DNA of 64,000 bases, taken from contig CBDCTA010000017.1 of NCBI GenBank assembly GCA_965221955.1, positions 8,649-72,648 of the forward strand, read 5' to 3'. Made by a program: the position numbers and the translations under genes. Positions 1-11,451 of the stretch are shown here, piece after piece. Every line of letters begins with the position of its first letter. Positions within the stretch are counted from its first letter, which is position 1. The notes below the pieces were generated by a model that was given only the letters and a program-made list of their open reading frames with translations, was not told where the DNA came from and made no database searches. Source of the stretch: Gammaproteobacteria bacterium. Lineage in GTDB: Bacteria; Pseudomonadota; Gammaproteobacteria; UBA4575.

Positions 1-406
1 CACCGCGACCAGAACCACCACCTTGCATTTGCCGCATGAAGAAAATCCACACGCCAATTAATAGCAACATTGGGAACCAACTAATTAAAATATCCAATAG
101 AAGCGATCGCGGCTTTGCTTCACCTGCTTCTACTTTCACATCATATTTAAGTAGAGTATCTAAAAGTTTGTTATCACCTGGGCTATTGGTTTCAAACTTC
201 TCGCCATTCTGCATGACACCTGTAATTTGACGATTGTCAGGACTGATTAAAACCGATTGAACATTGTTAGATCGAACTTCTTTAATGAACTCAGAGTAAT
301 CAAGTTCATTTGGTGTCTCTGGGCGTGGCGCAAAATTATTAAACACAGTCATCAAGACGACCGCAATCACTGCCCAAAGCAATAAATTTTTAACCATGTC
401 GTTCAA
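1..406 (-). CDS. ftsH: ATP-dependent zinc metalloprotease FtsH, 5' part (runs off window start)
   Basis: Minus-strand translation from TTG at 406: LNDMVKNLLLWAVIAVVLMTVFNNF...ISWFPMLLLIGVWIFFMRQMQGGGSG; GAGG RBS upstream; downstream of rlmE. Confidence 0.95.
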   Translation of the reverse strand, partial: MNDMVKNLLLWAVIAVVLMTVFNNFAPRPETPNELDYSEFIKEVRSNNVQSVLISPDNRQITGVMQNGEKFETNSPGDNKLLDTLLKYDVKVEAGEAKPRSLLLDILISWFPMLLLIGVWIFFMRQMQGGGSGRG

Positions 407-456
407 AAGGTGTACCTCTACTTATAATTCAAACACTTAAACGTTTATCGACCTTA

Positions 457-1065
457 CTATAACTTAATTTGAGTAGCCAGGGCATACATCTCTCGGCTAC
501 GTGACCTGGACGCCTCAGGCTTACGAATCAATACCTTACTGAACTTTGACCGTAACATTTTTACATAATCGTCAAATCCAGCACCTTGAAACACTTTTAC
601 CAGCAGACCGCCGTCAGGTGCTAAAACTTCTAGACTAAAATCAGCGGCTAATTCTGCTAGATATATGGCCTTGGGCTGATCAACACTACTGATACCACTA
701 ATATTGGGGGCCATATCAGATAAAACAAGGTCTATAGGTTTTTGACCGACTAAATCACGTAAAGATTCGTAAATTTCTTGCTCTGTAAAGTCACCCTTAA
801 GGAAATGCACATTATTTATAGCTTCCATATCCAATACATCGATAGCGATAACCTTACCGGTTTTCCCCACATTTTTTGCAGCATATTGACTCCAACCACC
901 CGGCGCTGCGCCTAAATCAACAATATTCATTCCAGACTGAATGAGATTATATTTTTGATCGAGTTCTTCTAATTTATAAACTGCACGCGAACGCCATCCT
1001 TCTTTATGTGCGCGCTGCACAAAAGGATCATCTGAATGCTCTTTGTTCCACTCTTTACTGCGCAC
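457..1065 (-). CDS. rlmE: 23S rRNA Um2552 methyltransferase RlmE (FtsJ)
   Basis: GWRSRAVYKL, DLGAAPGGWSQ, LSDMAPN, KPEASRSRSRE motifs. Confidence 0.97.
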   Translation of the reverse strand: MRSKEWNKEHSDDPFVQRAHKEGWRSRAVYKLEELDQKYNLIQSGMNIVDLGAAPGGWSQYAAKNVGKTGKVIAIDVLDMEAINNVHFLKGDFTEQEIYESLRDLVGQKPIDLVLSDMAPNISGISSVDQPKAIYLAELAADFSLEVLAPDGGLLVKVFQGAGFDDYVKMLRSKFSKVLIRKPEASRSRSREMYALATQIKL

Positions 1066-1099
1066 GAGGAATTACCAGAACTTTCAGAAAAAGCGAAAA

Positions 1100-1219
1100 G
1101 AAGTTCTGATTTATTTTGATACTAGGCAAGAATATTTTTTAAAAACGGAGTTTACTAATTGGTAAATGAGTATTTTAAAAAATATTCTTAACGACGTAGC
1201 AGGATAAATTCAGGACTTC
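1100..1219. repeat. ~120-bp intergenic palindromic (MITE-like) element
   Basis: 1100-1122 pairs imperfectly with 1196-1219; AAGAATATTTTTTAAAA (1128-1144) pairs perfectly with 1173-1189; apical CGGAG-TTTAC-taattg-GTAAA-TGAG. Confidence 0.75.
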
Positions 1220-1223
1220 CTGC

Positions 1224-1700
1224 TCATTCATAGCGGACTTCGACTATTTCATACTCTTTCTGCCCCGCCGGCGCCTCCACAACGGCAATATCCCCTTCTT
1301 CTTTACCAATCATGGCGCGTGCAATGGGCGAGGTAACCGAAATCATACCTTGTTTAATATCGGCTTCGTCTTCTCCAACAATAGTGTAAGTCACTTCTTC
1401 ACCTGTTTCTTCATCGGCTAAATCTACTGTAGTACCAAACACAACTTTGCCGTTAGCATTTAACTTCGTCACATCAATGATTTCAGCATTAGATAGCTTA
1501 CCTTCAATCTCTTTAATTCGGCCTTCTGCAAAAGATTGTTGTTCTCTTGCTGCGTGATATTCAGCATTTTCTTTTAAATCACCATGCGCACGAGCCGTAG
1601 CAATTGCCTCAATAATTTGAGGACGTTTTACATTTTTAAGTTCGTCTAATTCCGCGCGTAATTTTTCTGCGCCTTTAACTGTTAATGGAACTCTATTCAT
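1224..1700 (-). CDS. greA: Transcription elongation factor GreA
   Basis: [29 protein letters not shown]. Confidence 0.98.
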   Translation of the reverse strand: MNRVPLTVKGAEKLRAELDELKNVKRPQIIEAIATARAHGDLKENAEYHAAREQQSFAEGRIKEIEGKLSNAEIIDVTKLNANGKVVFGTTVDLADEETGEEVTYTIVGEDEADIKQGMISVTSPIARAMIGKEEGDIAVVEAPAGQKEYEIVEVRYE

Positions 1701-1722
1701 ATCAAAAAATTATTAAAATTTA

Positions 1723-4700
1723 TTAATGCTTAGTTTGTTGGTGCAAATCTTGAAGCCTGTAAACCTGATACTGGTCTCGTTTTTGCATAGCATCTTTTAA
1801 AGCCCATGCACCAGCCATGGTTGTGGTGTAGCAAACCTTATGTTGTAAAGCTTCTCTTCTAATTGTAAATGAATCTGCAATAGCTTGCTTACCTTCTGTT
1901 GTATTCACAATGAGATCAATTTTACCATCTATAATCATGTCAACAATATGAGGACGCCCTTCTCTGACTTTATTCACAGGAGTGCATTGTATCCCTTGCT
2001 CTGCGAGGTACCTTGCAGTCCCTTTCGTTGCTACTAAAGTAAAACCCAACTCAACCAGATGTTTTGCAACTTCACTCGCTTGCTGTCTATCTTCCTTGCG
2101 CACACTGATTAATGCGCTCCCTGATTCAGGAAAGGTAGTACCTGCAGCAAACTGTGATTTGCCAAAAGCTTCACCAAAAGTATCACCTACACCCATCACT
2201 TCACCGGTAGATTTCATCTCTGGCCCCAAAATAGGATCAACACCTAAAAATTTGATGAAAGGAAATACTGCTTCTTTAACAGAATAATATTTTGGCGTGA
2301 TTTCTTCAGTTGCCCCCTGATGTTGAAGACTTTGCCCCACCATACAACGCGCTGCAATTTTCGCTAATGGGATCCCAATGGCTTTTGAAACAAAAGGCAC
2401 AGTCCGTGAAGCACGTGGATTGACTTCGATTAAATAAACTTTTTCATTTTTGATTGCGAACTGAATATTCATCAATCCTTTTACTTGTAAAGCTAGCGCA
2501 AGTTTTCGCGCTTGTTCACGCATTTCATTTTGTACTGATTCACTTAAGTTATAAGGCGGCAAAGAACACGCGCTATCACCAGAGTGAATACCGGCTTGCT
2601 CAATATGTTGCATAATTCCACCAATCAAAACATCTTTGCCATCACATATTGCATCCAAATCTACTTCTACCGCATCTGCAAGAAAATGGTCGATCAAAAC
2701 CGGCGCATCATTTGAAACTTTTACTGCCTCACGCATATATCGTTCTAAATCAGCACGGTTATATACAATTTCCATTGCACGCCCACCCAACACATAGGAA
2801 GGTCGAACCACTACAGGATAACCAATTTCATCCGCGGCATTGACTGCTTGCTCTGTGCTGGTAGCGGTTGCATTAGGAGGTTGCAATAACTTTAATTCAT
2901 TGACTAATTGCAAAAAGCGTTCGCGATCTTCTGCCAAATCAATCGAATCTGGAGTTGTTCCAACAATGGGAACTCCTGCTGCCTCTAAGTCTTGCGCGAG
3001 CTTTAATGGCGTTTGCCCGCCAAATTGAACAATCACACCTTGTGGTTGTTCGATACGAACAATTTCTAAAACATCTTCTAAAGTTAACGGCTCGAAATAT
3101 AAACGATCAGAAGTATCATAGTCAGTGGATACGGTTTCAGGATTACAGTTCACCATGATGGTTTCATATCCATCTTCACGCATTGCAAAAGCCGCATGCA
3201 CACAACAATAATCAAATTCGATCCCTTGACCAATTCTATTTGGCCCACCACCTAAAACGATGATTTTTTTCTTATCTGAAGGTTGTGCTTCACATTCTTC
3301 ATCATAGCTTGAATACATATATGCGGTACTGGTCGCAAACTCTGCAGCACAGGTATCCACTCTCTTATATATAGGATGCACTTGCAGCTCAGCTCTCTTT
3401 GCGCGCACATCATTCTCACTACATTGTAGCAACTTGGAAATTCTTCTGTCAGAAAAACCTTTACGTTTTATGTGGCGCATCATTTGCGCATCGATATCAT
3501 CAAGTTTCTTGTTCGAAAGCTCTGCTTCGAGATCAATGAGTTCTTTTAATTGGGCTAAAAACCAAGGATCAATTGCTGTAGAGGCATATAAATCTTCAAC
3601 ACTTTGACCTAAACGCATCGCATCTGCCACGTACCACGCACGATGTGGCCCTGGTTCACGCAACTCTGAAGTCAAAAGACTTAAATGTTCTTCGTCATAC
3701 TCATCATGCATGGGGTCCAAACCATCGACACCAATTTCCAAACCACGCAATGCTTTTTGAAACGATTCTTGAAAAGTCCGCCCAATCGCCATGACTTCTC
3801 CAACTGATTTCATTTGCGTACTTAATTTAGCTTTTGCTTGCGGAAATTTTTCAAAAGTAAAACGAGGAATTTTTGTTACTACATAATCAATACTGGGTTC
3901 AAATGATGCGGGGGTTGCCCCTCCGGTAATTTCATTTTGCAATTCATCCAAGGTATAGCCCACTGCCAGTTTTGCAGCAATTTTTGCAATCGGAAATCCT
4001 GTTGCTTTTGAGGCCAATGCTGAAGAACGTGACACACGCGGATTCATTTCAATGATGATCATGCGCCCATCTTTAGGGTTAATCGAAAACTGCACATTTG
4101 AACCACCGGTATCCACACCAATTTTGCGCAACACCGCTAACGATGCATTACGCATAATCTGATATTCCTTATCCGTTAAGGTTTGTGCAGGTGCAACAGT
4201 AATAGAATCACCTGTGTGCACACCCATAGGATCAAAGTTTTCAATGGAACAAATAATGATGCAGTTGTCATTTTTATCCCGCACCACTTCCATTTCATAT
4301 TCTTTCCAACCTAATAAAGATTCTTCTAATAAAACTTCTGTTGTAGGTGAAAGATCCAAACCATGTTCAACAATGGCTTTAAACTCTTCCAAGTTATACG
4401 CAATTCCGCCACCGCTTCCTCCCATGGTAAAAGAAGGTCGAATAATGGTTGGGAAACCTAAACTTGGTTGTTGTTGAATCGCTTCTTCTAAACTATGCGC
4501 AAGCGCAGAACGTGCAGACTTCAAACCAATTTCATCCATTGCTTTTCGAAACAACTCACGATCTTCAGCCATATCGATCGCTTGTTTATTCGCACCAATC
4601 ATCTGAACACTATATTTTTCTAAAACACCTTCACGATCTAAATCTAATGCACAATTCAATGCTGTTTGCCCACCCATGGTGGGTAACAACACATCAGGCT

Positions 4701-4944
4701 TTTCTTTTTTGATAATTTCTGCAACGGTTTGCCACATGATAGGTTCGATATAAATAGCATCCGCCATTTCAGGATCCGTCATGATGGTTGCAGGATTCGA
4801 ATTCACCAAAATGACGCGATAACCTTCTTCTTTTAACGCTTTACATGCCTGTGCACCGGAATAATCAAATTCACATGCTTGACCAATCACAATAGGTCCA
4901 GCACCAATGATTAAAATACTTTTTATGTCAGTACGCTTTGGCAT
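1723..4944 (-). CDS. carB: Carbamoyl-phosphate synthase large subunit
   Basis: [30 protein letters not shown]; duplicated ATP-grasp domains; 1073 aa. Confidence 0.99.
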   Translation of the reverse strand: MPKRTDIKSILIIGAGPIVIGQACEFDYSGAQACKALKEEGYRVILVNSNPATIMTDPEMADAIYIEPIMWQTVAEIIKKEKPDVLLPTMGGQTALNCALDLDREGVLEKYSVQMIGANKQAIDMAEDRELFRKAMDEIGLKSARSALAHSLEEAIQQQPSLGFPTIIRPSFTMGGSGGGIAYNLEEFKAIVEHGLDLSPTTEVLLEESLLGWKEYEMEVVRDKNDNCIIICSIENFDPMGVHTGDSITVAPAQTLTDKEYQIMRNASLAVLRKIGVDTGGSNVQFSINPKDGRMIIIEMNPRVSRSSALASKATGFPIAKIAAKLAVGYTLDELQNEITGGATPASFEPSIDYVVTKIPRFTFEKFPQAKAKLSTQMKSVGEVMAIGRTFQESFQKALRGLEIGVDGLDPMHDEYDEEHLSLLTSELREPGPHRAWYVADAMRLGQSVEDLYASTAIDPWFLAQLKELIDLEAELSNKKLDDIDAQMMRHIKRKGFSDRRISKLLQCSENDVRAKRAELQVHPIYKRVDTCAAEFATSTAYMYSSYDEECEAQPSDKKKIIVLGGGPNRIGQGIEFDYCCVHAAFAMREDGYETIMVNCNPETVSTDYDTSDRLYFEPLTLEDVLEIVRIEQPQGVIVQFGGQTPLKLAQDLEAAGVPIVGTTPDSIDLAEDRERFLQLVNELKLLQPPNATATSTEQAVNAADEIGYPVVVRPSYVLGGRAMEIVYNRADLERYMREAVKVSNDAPVLIDHFLADAVEVDLDAICDGKDVLIGGIMQHIEQAGIHSGDSACSLPPYNLSESVQNEMREQARKLALALQVKGLMNIQFAIKNEKVYLIEVNPRASRTVPFVSKAIGIPLAKIAARCMVGQSLQHQGATEEITPKYYSVKEAVFPFIKFLGVDPILGPEMKSTGEVMGVGDTFGEAFGKSQFAAGTTFPESGSALISVRKEDRQQASEVAKHLVELGFTLVATKGTARYLAEQGIQCTPVNKVREGRPHIVDMIIDGKIDLIVNTTEGKQAIADSFTIRREALQHKVCYTTTMAGAWALKDAMQKRDQYQVYRLQDLHQQTKH

Positions 4945-4949
4945 GTAAC

Positions 4950-6100
4950 TTATCTACTAGCTTTGCTTTTAAATTCTTGCATCATCTTGATGAAATCTTC
5001 GAATAGAGGTTTAACATCTTGCGGACCTGGGACTTGCTTCCGGATGACCCTGAAAACTGTATGCAGGTTTTTGAGTATGACGAATGCCTTGCAAGGAACC
5101 ATCAAATAAAGATCGATGTGTAGCTTCTAATTTTCAGGCAATGTTTTCTCATCTACTGCGAAGCCGTGATTTTGACTACTGATCATCACTGTTTTGGTTT
5201 TTAAATCTTGAACAGGATGGTTTGCACCATGATGACCAAATTTCATTTTGATGGTTTTTGCTCCACAGGCTAAGCCTAATAGTTGGTGACCCAAACAAAT
5301 TCCAAAAGTAGGCACACCTTCTGCAATAATTTCCTGTATGGCTTGAATCGCATAATCACAGGGCTCAGGATCACCGGGTCCATTAGAGAGAAAAACACCA
5401 TCAGGTTTTTTATCAAGTACCTCACTCGCAGAGGTCTTAGCTGGAATCACTTCTATCTCACAACCCAAATCATGAAGAATTCGAAGAATGTTACGTTTCA
5501 CTCCAAAGTCATACGCTAAGACTTTGAATTGCTTTTCATTTAGATTCGCTTGATAGCCTTCAGTTAAATCCCAACAACCTTCATTCCATACGTATGGCTT
5601 TTTTGTAGTGACTTCTTTGGCTAAATCCATGCCTTTCAAACCAGGAAAAGCTTTGGCTGCAGCTAAAGCTTCTTCCTCATTTATTATGCTCACCCAGCCA
5701 TAATCGCGCCATTTTGCGCACCTTTCTCTCTAAGAATTCTTGTAAGTCTTCGCGTATCAATATCCGCAATAGAAACTACATTATGTTTTTGCAAATAAGC
5801 TGATAAATCAGATTCTTGTCGCCAATTACTCACCTGTACTGGTAAGTCACGAATCACCAACCCCGTGGCAAAAATTTGTGCAGATTCTTCATCTTCTGAG
5901 TTGGCACCCACATTACCAATATGCGGATAGGTCAGTGTGATAATTTGTTGTGCATAAGAAGGGTCAGTGAGAATTTCTTGATAGCCCGTCATGGACGTGT
6001 TGAAAACAACTTCCCCTACCGATAAACCCGATATACCAATGGAGCTTCCCCAAAAAAGACTCCCGTCTTCCAAAGCAAGCAAGGCGGGGTGTTGGCTCAA
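4950..6100 (-). CDS. carA: Carbamoyl-phosphate synthase small subunit, broken by three frameshifts (probably assembly errors)
   Basis: ORF 5690-6100 ([21 protein letters not shown]), ORF 5127-5693 ([16 protein letters not shown]), then [15 protein letters not shown]...FQGHPEASP and [12 protein letters not shown] in shifted frames, ending at TAA 4950. Confidence 0.93.
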
Positions 6101-6150
6101 AAACTCATTCTCCTAATTCAAATTAACCCAAAACCACCAGGCGCAGATGT

Positions 6151-6185
6151 AAAAACGGGATGACCAAATGGTCATCCCGTAAAAA
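6151..6185 (-). terminator. Intrinsic terminator hairpin in the carA leader (candidate attenuator)
   Basis: ACGGGATGACC-attt-GGTCATCCCGT followed by a T run on the minus strand, ~50 bp upstream of the carA start. Confidence 0.7.
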
Positions 6186-6357
6186 TCCTGTGTGATCGGT
6201 GTGGACCAAGAGAATTGTACTCAAATCATCGATTTAGTAAAACCAAGATTTTGGGATATTTGAATACCTACAAAATAAGAAGCAAGGTTTGAGCAATGTA
6301 ATCGATTAAAAACTAACCATTGCTATCTACTTGTTAGCAATCATTAACGCTAACGAA

Positions 6358-7551
6358 TCAAATATTACCACCCAGCTCTGTAGCCCATTTTATTGCTTGA
6401 AGATACGCTTTTTGATACGCAGAACGATCGATTAAATGCATGAGCTCATCCCAATTTCCTTGCTCATATAATTTAATATTTCGCAAAACAGCTCCCATTT
6501 CTCCTTCATGAGTATCTAAGGCTGAACTCATTTCTTCTGTTAACGGAAGTGTTTCCAATACTTCTTGTAAAGACATATCTAGCAATGCATCTAAAATTGA
6601 AAACAGACCCACAGCAAAATATTGGTCATTATTTGGTTTTTCACCTGCCAATAATTCAGCCATTTTTGCTCTCATCATACCCATGAGCATTAACTCTTTA
6701 GGCTTTTCATCAGAGAGTCTTAACATCAACATTAAACTGGCCCATTTTCTCACCTCATCTGTGCCAAGCAATGTCAGTGCGTGTTTAATCGATTCAATTT
6801 TTATGCGCAAAGCATAAAAAGCCGAATTCATATAACGAAGCAGATGGTATGCAAGGGTTGCATCATGCCCAATGAGATTTTCAAGCTCATCCATGCTGAC
6901 TTCTGGATTCTGCAGCTCAGAAATAAGTTTAAGCACAATCATTCGATTACCTTCCACACGTTTTCCAATTATCACTTGTGGTTTGCAAAAGAAAAATCCT
7001 TGGAAATAATCAAATCCTAGATCTTTGCATTGCTCATACTTTTCTTGAGTCTCCACTCTTTCGGCTAACAGTTTTATGTTGTGTTTGCGTAATATGTCTA
7101 CATGATTATTTAAGTCCGCATCACTAAGAATACTGACATCCAATTTTACGAATTGTGAAATTTCTAACAAACGATCGAACTTAGGTGTATAAATAAAATC
7201 ATTTAATGCGATACGATAACCAGTGCGCGCTAACTCTTCTAAACCCGTTTGCAGCGCCTCATCTGCAACTTCATTTTCCAACACCTCCAAAACAATTTGT
7301 TCTTGCATTTGCGGTAGCGGTAATTCACCCATTAGAAAACCGCGTGTCATATTAATAAACGCAAAGCGATTTCCAACAATATTTTCTAAACCAATATCGA
7401 CCAGAGCACTGATAATGACATCTGAAGTGGCCTTATCTTCATCCGAAACATCTGCCTGGTCCGTAGCTTTCTTACGATATAAAAGCTCGTATGCAAAAAC
7501 ATTCAGCTGATGATCATAAATAGGTTGCCGCGCAAGAAAAATAGTAGCCAT
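6358..7551 (-). CDS. EAL + HDOD domain signalling protein (YuxH/CdgJ-like)
   Basis: FLARQPIYD, YELLYR, LAERVETQE, FDYFQGFFFCKP, followed by a helical HDOD region. Confidence 0.9.
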   Translation of the reverse strand: MATIFLARQPIYDHQLNVFAYELLYRKKATDQADVSDEDKATSDVIISALVDIGLENIVGNRFAFINMTRGFLMGELPLPQMQEQIVLEVLENEVADEALQTGLEELARTGYRIALNDFIYTPKFDRLLEISQFVKLDVSILSDADLNNHVDILRKHNIKLLAERVETQEKYEQCKDLGFDYFQGFFFCKPQVIIGKRVEGNRMIVLKLISELQNPEVSMDELENLIGHDATLAYHLLRYMNSAFYALRIKIESIKHALTLLGTDEVRKWASLMLMLRLSDEKPKELMLMGMMRAKMAELLAGEKPNNDQYFAVGLFSILDALLDMSLQEVLETLPLTEEMSSALDTHEGEMGAVLRNIKLYEQGNWDELMHLIDRSAYQKAYLQAIKWATELGGNI

Positions 7552-7695
7552 TTGTCTTTTTTTGATACTGCATAGGTATTGCAGCTAATTGAATAAAAAT
7601 TAACTATCACTAATTAAACGGCAAATGTTGATTATTCTTTAAAAATTAATCACGTGTTGGTGATATATAGGTATTTGACCTAGCGAGTATTGGGA

Positions 7696-7745
7696 TATGA
7701 GCGCAAGGATGCGCGAATAGGATACTCATCAGAGCCGATGCAGCA
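7696..7745 (+). repeat. Double-hairpin mini-repeat, copy 1
   Basis: GAGCGC-aaggat-GCGC-GAATA...CATC-agagcc-GATG; 7698-7723 is the exact reverse complement of 8541-8566. Confidence 0.8.
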
Positions 7746-7788
7746 ATATAGTTAGAGGGATTCAAAAATATCTGCTTTCGGCCAATTA

Positions 7789-7849
7789 GTGAGCCCATGG
7801 ATGGGCGAATATGAGTTACAACATGGATGTTGTATCAGATTAAAGTCAG
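7789..7849 (+). repeat. Double-hairpin mini-repeat, copy 2
   Basis: GTGAGCCC-atggat-GGGC-GAATA...CAAC-atggat-GTTG...CAGATTAAAGTCAG; aligns without gaps to the reverse complement of 8507-8567, with compensatory stem changes. Confidence 0.8.
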
Positions 7850-7860
7850 ACTAAATTAAA

Positions 7861-7888
7861 ATGTCCGCTTACGGCCAATAGCGGACAT
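7861..7888. other. 28-bp palindromic site at the 3' flank of cassette 1
   Basis: ATGTCCGCTTA-CGGCCA-ATAGCGGACAT; perfect 9-bp inverted arms. Confidence 0.8.
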
Positions 7889-7899
7889 CCCATATAAAG

Positions 7900-8397
7900 T
7901 TATTTTCTAATAGTCTTTATAGAATTAGTAATACCCTTTGCTCCAAAAATAAGAAAAAGGGCAATTATAAGCTCAAAAAAGGTAGTTACCATCGAGGCTT
8001 TGTTCTCTAATAAGGCAAGCGGTGAATATAACTTTTCTTCACTGATAAATAGTGAATACAAAAACCAGAACACAAGGTCAGAAAGAACAAAAAATAAAAG
8101 ATAAGTCCCCAAGAGTATAAAACCAAGATGATAAAAATTATCTGAATTAAAGTTATGTTTAGGCTCGTCTTCCAATTTGAATGGATATATTCTTTTCGCA
8201 ATCGTAAGAGGAAATTTCCAAAGCAGTATGGATATAAATATAGCTAACCCGCTGACTAGGAAAATGTAGCCATACTTGCGAAATGTTATTGAGTCATTTA
8301 CTAGCCATAAGGCTGAAACTAATTCTCTAACTGTAGTAAGTATTAGCGCAATTGCTAATAATCTTGCTGCTACAGCAATTATTTGTTCTGGTTTCAT
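7900..8397 (-). CDS. Hypothetical 4-TM membrane protein (cassette-like)
   Basis: 165 aa with four hydrophobic segments; AGGGAG RBS; AT-rich; flanked by 28-bp palindromes. Confidence 0.8.
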   Translation of the reverse strand: MKPEQIIAVAARLLAIALILTTVRELVSALWLVNDSITFRKYGYIFLVSGLAIFISILLWKFPLTIAKRIYPFKLEDEPKHNFNSDNFYHLGFILLGTYLLFFVLSDLVFWFLYSLFISEEKLYSPLALLENKASMVTTFFELIIALFLIFGAKGITNSIKTIRK

Positions 8398-8428
8398 AAT
8401 ACAGCTCCCTAATACTTACTTTGTATTA

Positions 8429-8456
8429 ATGTCCGCTTTGGGTCGAAAGCAGTCAT
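8429..8456. other. 28-bp palindromic site at the 5' flank of cassette 1
   Basis: ATGTCCGCTTT-GGGTCG-AAAGCAGTCAT. Confidence 0.8.
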
Positions 8457-8506
8457 AATTATAGACGCAATCTGATATTCCCAACCTGTTCTCCATTCTA
8501 GTTCAA

Positions 8507-8567
8507 CTGACTCTAATCTGTTGCATCGTCCCTGATGGACATCCTATTCGCGCATCCTTGCGCTCAC
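8507..8567 (-). repeat. Double-hairpin mini-repeat, copy 3 (inverted)
   Basis: Reverse complement GTGAGCGC-aaggat-GCGCGAATAGGATGTCCATC-agggac-GATGCAACAGATTAGAGTCAG. Confidence 0.8.
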
Positions 8568-8602
8568 CTCCCTGCGCTTATACTTTGAGCCGAAAAAAAA
8601 CT

Positions 8603-9055
8603 TTATTTAAGCATCGCCTCCAACCTAGAAGCACTGAAACCACTCATTTTTTGATTACCAACCAAGATTAACGGAACACCACTGCCACCTAGTTGCTTAT
8701 ATTTTCTATTTGCACTTTCACTTTTTTCAATATCATATTCTTTGTACTTAATCCCATTACTTTGCATATATCGTCGAGCTTCAGCACAGTATCCACACCA
8801 ACTTGTTGAATACATTATTACTTTCTTTTGTTTAGCCAGTTTCTTTGTTTTTATATCACTTGCTTTTGAATACGCTGAATCACTTAAACCATCAGCATTG
8901 TTAACATTCGTATCAATCTCAACTTGCTCTGCTTTGGGCAGGGGCTTATCTGTGAAGATGACTCGACCGTTTTCGTCAACCGATTTATAGATTTCTGCAC
9001 ATAACACTGTAGGCAACAAAATAACGAGAGGCAAAAATAACTTTTTCATTTTCAA
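8603..9055 (-). CDS. Secreted DUF4124 + glutaredoxin/NrdH-like domain protein
   Basis: Signal peptide; EIYKSVDENGRVIFTDKP; MYSTSWCGYC (CxxC); GVPLILVG. Confidence 0.88.
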   Translation of the reverse strand: MKMKKLFLPLVILLPTVLCAEIYKSVDENGRVIFTDKPLPKAEQVEIDTNVNNADGLSDSAYSKASDIKTKKLAKQKKVIMYSTSWCGYCAEARRYMQSNGIKYKEYDIEKSESANRKYKQLGGSGVPLILVGNQKMSGFSASRLEAMLK

Positions 9056-9276
9056 TATCCTTGCTCTTCCAGTTCTTTCTTACGTTGCTCGGCAGAATCC
9101 ATTATCGTTTGTTCAACACCATTAGCTTTATCCAAAGCCGTTTCGTATCCTTTAAAAACATTATCGTCACTTAACTTTCCAGACTCTGGCTTTTCTTTTT
9201 CAGCCACATAAGATTGATCGCTACACCCTATAACAAGCAGTGAAAAAAGTAGTATTGTTGAAGCGAGATATTTCAT
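9052..9276 (-). CDS. Small lipoprotein
   Basis: Signal peptide with VIGC lipobox; abuts the downstream gene; start uncertain (9276-9288). Confidence 0.7.
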   Translation of the reverse strand: MKYLASTILLFSLLVIGCSDQSYVAEKEKPESGKLSDDNVFKGYETALDKANGVEQTIMDSAEQRKKELEEQGY

Positions 9277-9300
9277 ATACATAACCAACCTGTATAGAAA

Positions 9301-9621
9301 TTATAGGTCCAACCAAAGCTTCTTAGGTTGCCGCATGCCGGCTATTTTGCACCCTTGCTGACCATAACCGTATGGGAAAAGCCCATATACATACTTGCGC
9401 GTCGCTTTCTCAGGCCCCAACTCTTCTTTTAGCTGTTTAAGTATTTTACGTAATTCCGGAACTGCGCCATGATCAGAATAGTATTCTCGAATAAGTCGAA
9501 TTAAATTCCAACGTTCTTCTGTGAGCTCAACGTTTTCTTTTTTTGCAATAAACTCTGCAATTTCTTCTGTCCAATCGTCCGGATCAAGAAGAAAACCATC
9601 AGCGTCAGTATTAATATCCAT
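9301..9621 (-). CDS. TusE/DsrC/DsvC family sulfur-relay protein (lacks the C-terminal Cys)
   Basis: TDADGFLLDPDDWTEEIA, LFPYGYGQQGCKIAGM; likely ATG at 9621. Confidence 0.88.
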   Translation of the reverse strand: MDINTDADGFLLDPDDWTEEIAEFIAKKENVELTEERWNLIRLIREYYSDHGAVPELRKILKQLKEELGPEKATRKYVYGLFPYGYGQQGCKIAGMRQPKKLWLDL

Positions 9622-9625
9622 TTTA

Positions 9626-9988
9626 TTAACTTTTACTAAAGAACAAATAACCTGCGAATGCAATGAGAATGAAAGAGAATATCTTTTTAAAATTAGCAGT
9701 TGAAACATGCTCTAACAAATGCGGGCCAATTTGCGCACCAATGATTCCACCCAAACCTAATGCAATGGCAATTTTAAAATCTACATTAGCAAACTTAGAA
9801 TGCGCAAACACAGCAGAAGCAGAAATGATTAAAATCGCAAGGAACGAAGTACCTACAGCTTTTTGTGCGGTATATCCAAGTGCAATGAGCAATGGCACCA
9901 TGAGAAAACCACCACCAAGCCCAGTGAAAGAAGCAGCAATACCGATGAATAAACCCGAAAACAATAGAATTGCATAGTTGAGTGCCAT
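9626..9988 (-). CDS. Half-size TauE/SafE (TSUP) family membrane protein
   Basis: GLGGGFLMVPLL, AVGTS, GGIIGAQIG; only 120 aa (one repeat). Confidence 0.85.
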   Translation of the reverse strand: MALNYAILLFSGLFIGIAASFTGLGGGFLMVPLLIALGYTAQKAVGTSFLAILIISASAVFAHSKFANVDFKIAIALGLGGIIGAQIGPHLLEHVSTANFKKIFSFILIAFAGYLFFSKS

Positions 9989-10014
9989 AATGACTTCCTT
10001 TACGTTTACCTAAG

Positions 10015-11395
<1,381 letters not shown>

Positions 11396-11451
11396 TTAAA
11401 GCATCCTTATTAAATTAGGGCTGCAGTGTACACGAAACTTTAAGCAATGGA

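Noticed and set aside
4950-6100. Programmed frameshifting or real pseudogenisation of carA
   Set aside because: Three shifts of different sign at short homopolymers, an intact carB and similar lesions elsewhere make assembly error more likely.
7696-7888. CRISPR array
   Set aside because: Repeats are few, divergent, irregularly spaced and partly inverted; no cas genes.
7861-8456. Integron attC sites or XerCD dif/pdif sites
   Set aside because: Too short for attC and lacking RYYYAAC/GTTRRRY ends; arms do not match the dif consensus (GGTGCGCATAA / TTATGTTAAAT); no intI gene in the window.
8276-8458. 60-aa ORF ending MSALGRKQS, and ORF 30414-30641 starting MTAIGLKQS
   Set aside because: These peptides are translations of the 28-bp palindromes; both ORFs are antisense to real genes.
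8575-8602. Further degenerate 28-bp site (ATACTTT-GAGCCG-AAAA)
   Set aside because: Only the core resembles the motif; the arms are not complementary.
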